Shown here one piece after another: positions 59,956-64,000 of a stretch of DNA of 64,000 nucleotides. Below the pieces are notes generated by a model. The model ran no database searches. It worked only from the letters and a program-made list of their open reading frames with translations, and was not told the origin of the DNA. The number at the start of each line of letters is the position of its first letter. The first letter of the stretch is position 1. The DNA is taken from the NCBI GenBank assembly GCA_964343975.1, contig CAYFLU010000001.1:1880-65879 (forward strand), read 5' to 3'. The position numbers were made by a program, and so were the translations under genes. The stretch comes from an uncultured Solibacteraceae bacterium (GTDB lineage Bacteria; Acidobacteriota; Vicinamibacteria; Vicinamibacterales; SCN-69-37).

Positions 59956-61551
59956 ATGCAGCGCCCACGGATCGTCGAGGCGGATTACGTCATCATCGGC
60001 GGCGGCATCACCGCGGCGATGGTGGCCGAGAAGCTCAGCGGCCTCAAGCCGAACGCGTCGATTGTCGTCGTCGAAGCCGGGTCGCCGCTCTTCGATTTCG
60101 AGAATCGTTCCCAGTACCGGAAGCGCAATCTCGACTACGGCGAGAACATCTGGCCCGGCGATTTCGTGGCCGATCAAGCGCCCGACGGCATGATCTCGCG
60201 GACGATGGCCGTCGGCGGCTCTGCCCTGCATTGGGGTGGCGTCTGCAACCGCTTCTCGGAAGAGGATCTGCGACTGAAGTCGATGTACGGCCTCGCTGTC
60301 GATTGGCCGATCGACTGGGCGACGCTCGAGAGGTTCTATTGCGAGGCCGAGCGCCGCATCGGCGTGTCGGGTGAACCGAGCCCATTGCCGGAAGACAAGC
60401 GGAGCGAGCCGTACCCGATGCCCGCCATGACGCCGAGCTTCAACTTGAAACAGCTGAAGGCATGGGCGGAAAAGAGCGGGCTGCCCTTCTGGACCACGCC
60501 ACAGGCGAAGAACACGAAAGACGGCTACAACGGCCGCAACGCCTGCCAGCGCTGCAACACCTGTGAAATCTGTCCCACCGGCGCCCGCTATTCACCGGAC
60601 TGGACGTTCAAGCAATTGCTCGCGGACAAGAAGCGCCACGTGCAGTTGCACTCGCGCACGCTCGTGCGGAAGTTGGTGATGGACGACGCGACGTCGAAGA
60701 TCGTCGCGGCGGAGGCCGTCAGTGAAGCCGGCGACGGACAGGTGACCGAGTACCGCGCGAAGACATTCGTCATCGCCAGTGGCTATGTGTGGAGCGCGCA
60801 CCTGTTGCTGCTCTCGGCCAATGCGAAGTTTCCGAATGGACTCGCGAACCGCACCGACCAGGTCGGCCGCTACATCAATGGACATCTGGCCTGGCAGACG
60901 CAGATCGATCTCGACCTGAAGATCTATCCGGGCATGAACGAGCAGCACAGTCTGATCACGCGGAAGTTCTTCCGGTGTGCGCCCACGGTGCCCTACGTCC
61001 GACACGACCTCCGCATCTGGGAAAGCGCGAGCGGCCGCGAGCCCCGGTTGCGCGACGCCGCCGGAAAACTGCTGCTCGGGGACGAGCTCCTGAAGGACTG
61101 GCGCACCCGAACGACGCGCGGCTCCGCTCGGGTGCGTGGGTATTACACGGTCGAGCCTGACAAGGACAGCCGCATCACGCTCGACGCGGCCAAGAAGAAT
61201 CGCTGGGGTGATCCCATGCCCGTTGTCCGCCACAAGATCGATGCGGCCAGTGAGGCACGTGCCGGATCGACGCGCGCGCATTTCGAGCAGGTCTTCGCCC
61301 AACTGGCCCGGGCCAACGACGGAAAGGTGGGTCCGTTGAGTGGACTGAACTATCAGGATCACCCCGCCGGCGGGTGTCGCATGGGCACCGATCCTGCCAC
61401 GAGCGTGGTGGACTCGTGGGGCCGTACCCACGATCACCGGAACCTGTTCGTGGTCGGGGCGCCAACGCTGCCGACCGGCGGCTGCACGAACGGCACGCTG
61501 ACGTTCGTGGCGATGGCGTTGCGGTCGACCGAAGAGATCGCCCGCGGCTAG
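59956..61551 (+). CDS. GMC-family FAD oxidoreductase
   Basis: Contains 'ADYVIIGGGITAAMVA', 'GGSALHWGG' and 'HPAGGCRMG'. Confidence 0.9.
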   Translation: MQRPRIVEADYVIIGGGITAAMVAEKLSGLKPNASIVVVEAGSPLFDFENRSQYRKRNLDYGENIWPGDFVADQAPDGMISRTMAVGGSALHWGGVCNRFSEEDLRLKSMYGLAVDWPIDWATLERFYCEAERRIGVSGEPSPLPEDKRSEPYPMPAMTPSFNLKQLKAWAEKSGLPFWTTPQAKNTKDGYNGRNACQRCNTCEICPTGARYSPDWTFKQLLADKKRHVQLHSRTLVRKLVMDDATSKIVAAEAVSEAGDGQVTEYRAKTFVIASGYVWSAHLLLLSANAKFPNGLANRTDQVGRYINGHLAWQTQIDLDLKIYPGMNEQHSLITRKFFRCAPTVPYVRHDLRIWESASGREPRLRDAAGKLLLGDELLKDWRTRTTRGSARVRGYYTVEPDKDSRITLDAAKKNRWGDPMPVVRHKIDAASEARAGSTRAHFEQVFAQLARANDGKVGPLSGLNYQDHPAGGCRMGTDPATSVVDSWGRTHDHRNLFVVGAPTLPTGGCTNGTLTFVAMALRSTEEIARG

Positions 61552-62966
61552 TTGCTGAGCTTCACTTCGAGGCCGCCCTTGTCGCGGCGGCGGAACGCGA
61601 GGCCGATCTTCGCGCGTCCGGTCACTTCATGCACGATCGCCAAGCCGAGACCGACTTCGTCGGCGCGGCGATTGCGCCGTTCGTCGCCGCGGAACCGGCG
61701 GATGCCATTGAAGTACTTCAGCGTCGCGTCATTCACGCCTGCGCCTTCGTCCGCCACCAGCAGCACGAACTTTCCGGCCGACGGCGTGTCGAGATCCACC
61801 GTCACCGAGGCGCCGGGTTTGCTGTAGCGAATCGCGTTGTCGATCAGGTTCTCGAGCACGAGCGCGAACAGGCCGGGGTCGCCGACGACGTTCACCGTGC
61901 GATCGGGGACGGTGGCCGACAGGCTGATGCCGCACGCGGTCGCAAACGCCACTTCACGTGAGACGACGCGAGTCACGAGGTCGGTGAAGTCGACCGGCAC
62001 TTCCTGGAACGCGGCCTCGCGATCGCGCAGGCGCAGCGACGCCACGAAATTGGCGCCGCGGTGTTCGAGCGTGTGCGCATCGCGGAGCGCCGCCGACATC
62101 TGATCGCGCACCGCCGGCGTCACGCTCACCGAGCGGAGCACTTCGCCGATCCGCGTCGGCACGTGACCGAGCGGCATCACGAGGTCGTCGTGCACATCGT
62201 TGGCCACGCGACGCAGCGCGTCTTGCTGATCCTTGATTTCGGCCGCGCGCGTGCGGATGCCAGCCGCGGCTTCATTGAAAGTGGCGCCGATCGCGGTGAG
62301 CTCGTCCTGGCCGTCGGCCGGCGCGGCGCCCACGTAGTCGGCACGGGCCATGTTGCGCATGGCGGCGGCGAGTGCCGCGGCACGGCGCTCCGTGGGCAGG
62401 CCGACGAGGAAGCACACTGCGAAGGTGGCGCCGAAGAAGCCGGCGAACACGAGCGTGCGCTCGAGCAGGAGATGCGCCGGCGCGGCCGCGCGGAACAGGA
62501 ACACCGCGCACTCGCTCGAGCGCCAGCGCGTCCACCGCGCGGTCTGAAGACCGGAGCCCTGCGGACCGGAGTACGACTCGGTGGCGAACTCACTGCCCGA
62601 CTTCAGCGCGATGCGCAGCGAGTCGGGAAACCGCGGCGCCGCGGTGCTGATGCCTTTGAACTCTTCGTCGTACGCGAAGAACTCGAAGGGCCGCGCCTTC
62701 GCGTCCGGACGGGCCGTATAGACGTCGGCGTCGGGCTGCGTCAGCTGGTCCTTGGACGGACGATCGTCGCGCGGACCGGCGAGAAACCAGTTCGGGTTGG
62801 CTTCGCACGACTCGCGCACGTGCTGCACGACCGACGCGGCTGAGGCCTGTTCGAGTTGCTGTGCGCGGTCGCGTGACCGGAGGCCATCCACCACCAGCGT
62901 CCCAAGCGCCGCCACTGCCAGGGCTGCCGCAAGGCTCCCGAAAATCTGCGACCGTCGCAATGTCAT
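61548..62966 (-). CDS. Sensor histidine kinase (two TM segments, periplasmic domain, HAMP-like linker, kinase core)
   Basis: 472 aa from the ATG at 62966. Contains 'VANDVHDDLVMPL' (atypical H-box), 'LENLIDNAIRYS', 'DEGAGV' and 'GLGLAIV'. Confidence 0.8.
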   Translation of the reverse strand: MTLRRSQIFGSLAAALAVAALGTLVVDGLRSRDRAQQLEQASAASVVQHVRESCEANPNWFLAGPRDDRPSKDQLTQPDADVYTARPDAKARPFEFFAYDEEFKGISTAAPRFPDSLRIALKSGSEFATESYSGPQGSGLQTARWTRWRSSECAVFLFRAAAPAHLLLERTLVFAGFFGATFAVCFLVGLPTERRAAALAAAMRNMARADYVGAAPADGQDELTAIGATFNEAAAGIRTRAAEIKDQQDALRRVANDVHDDLVMPLGHVPTRIGEVLRSVSVTPAVRDQMSAALRDAHTLEHRGANFVASLRLRDREAAFQEVPVDFTDLVTRVVSREVAFATACGISLSATVPDRTVNVVGDPGLFALVLENLIDNAIRYSKPGASVTVDLDTPSAGKFVLLVADEGAGVNDATLKYFNGIRRFRGDERRNRRADEVGLGLAIVHEVTGRAKIGLAFRRRDKGGLEVKLSN

Positions 62967-62991
62967 GCGTCTATTGTCCCGTGAAATGCGA

Positions 62992-64000
62992 TCAACGCAG
63001 CCGGTCGAAACGCGCCGAGCGGGCGTCGCCACCGCGCGCCAGCACCAGACCGGTGATGGCCAGTGCGGCCACGCCGGCGATCAGCGCGAACGACGCCGGC
63101 GCGTACAGCCGCGTGCTGTCGAGCGTCATCGGCATGTTGCTGAGGTAGTTGCCCACGAGAAACCCCACGCAGGAGGCGAGGAGGCCCACGCGCAGGATCA
63201 CCGCCAACATCAGCGACACGCTCAGGAGCTGATAGAGCCCGTTCAGCGCCTGCGCCTTCGGCGTCGGCCCTGAGGCACCATCAACCACCAACAGGACCAT
63301 GGCCAAGATGATGATCGCGCGTTCGGAGATGAGCGGCAGTGACGGCGCGACGCGCCGAACGCCGCGATTCCACAGCAGCTCGACGCCCATGCGGAACGAG
63401 ACCCATTCAAACACCGTGATCAACCCGCTCTGCAGGCTCCCGTTCATGGCCTGCACGACATCCCGCAAAAAGGGCCGCACGCCGTCGAGCGCGCCCGTGT
63501 AGCTCGAGAACGGCTCCATCTCCGGCAGGCCGGCCCACCGCGACACGACATACGGGATGAGGTTCAGCAGGCCGCCCGCCGCACCACACGCCACGCCGAT
63601 CAGCACGTCACGTCCGACGAGCGGATCACGCAGGCGCCCGGCCAGCACGCGCGACCAGCCCACCAGCACCAGCGGCGACGTGCGACGCACCCACGGTTCG
63701 AGCCCCAGATAGATGAGATACATCACGCCGCCGAGAAACAGCGCGATGCCCGTCGCCGCAAAGAACCGCGACATCTCGCTCTGCGCATGGCGGACGTGAC
63801 CATCCAGCAGCCACGTCGCCATGATCACCGTGAACATGAACGCGGCGAGCCGGAACGCGCCGCGCACATCGGCGCGACCCGACCGGAGATTGGCGCGCGC
63901 GGCCAACACCGCGCCCACGAGCAGGAAGATGATCAACAACGAGCTGCTGCGGGTCGGCGATGGCGGCGCGGTCGAGTCGCGCGGCGCAGGCGTCCACGGC
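62992..64000 (-). CDS. Polytopic membrane region of a larger protein whose 5' end lies beyond the window
   Basis: The frame stays open from 62992 to the window edge (...PWTPAPRDSTAPPSPTRSSSLLIIFLLVG...). A Pro/Ser linker precedes about 8 TM segments. The track ORF start (TTG 63939) is probably internal. Confidence 0.6.
   Translation of the reverse strand, partial: PWTPAPRDSTAPPSPTRSSSLLIIFLLVGAVLAARANLRSGRADVRGAFRLAAFMFTVIMATWLLDGHVRHAQSEMSRFFAATGIALFLGGVMYLIYLGLEPWVRRTSPLVLVGWSRVLAGRLRDPLVGRDVLIGVACGAAGGLLNLIPYVVSRWAGLPEMEPFSSYTGALDGVRPFLRDVVQAMNGSLQSGLITVFEWVSFRMGVELLWNRGVRRVAPSLPLISERAIIILAMVLLVVDGASGPTPKAQALNGLYQLLSVSLMLAVILRVGLLASCVGFLVGNYLSNMPMTLDSTRLYAPASFALIAGVAALAITGLVLARGGDARSARFDRLR

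Noticed and set aside
61548-61551. Convergent genes sharing the tetranucleotide CTAG as both stop codons
   Set aside because: It is real but trivial. It is a consequence of tight packing and has no functional implication that I can support.

Overview
This is a GC-rich, almost gap-free 64-kb chromosomal segment. I call about 70 coding regions (5 are fragments or frame-disrupted), one tRNA-Gln(CUG), several short operator-like palindromes and a few small repeats. I found no rRNA, CRISPR array, transposase, integrase or phage structural gene. The gene content suggests a soil Acidobacteriota-like genome (Planctomycetota or Gemmatimonadota are also possible); this is inference only. That content includes a PSCyt1-DUF1549-DUF1553 + DUF1501 pair, a DUF1592-family + DUF1552 pair, tandem carboxypeptidase-regulatory-like proteins, an ADOP/MacB-type permease fragment and many Sec/Tat-exported enzymes. 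Housekeeping anchors are efp, prfC, trmL, Fe-S L-serine dehydratase and tRNA-Gln. Accessory content includes two type II toxin-antitoxin loci with visible operators, an ECF sigma operon, DsbD/TlpA redox genes, a TonB-dependent receptor, ChrA, GH43, and PQQ- and GMC-type dehydrogenases. Most long ORFs in the supplied track that lie antisense to these genes are high-GC artefacts. The items I consider most worth follow-up are:
- (1) A translationally coupled COG1672-type AAA ATPase + DACNV/DAC cyclase-fold pair behind a 43-bp palindrome (153-2453).
- (2) Gene-fragment mosaics at 2454-2790 and 17479-18650.
- (3) A tight methyltransferase / MFS / dNK-like kinase / EVE-domain gene string (26793-29738).
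- (4) A standalone double PARP-type zinc-finger protein (36703-37236).
- (5) A DUF1592-family / DUF1552 / ankyrin operon (39960-45612).
- (6) A propeller/Y_Y_Y sensor whose only cytoplasmic output is a short Cys-rich module and whose frame is broken (51562-53720).
- (7) An ABC exporter fused by ATGA overlaps to a Tat-subunit + GMC oxidoreductase pair (57002-61551).
All domain calls come from reading the translations by eye. No HMM or BLAST search was run.
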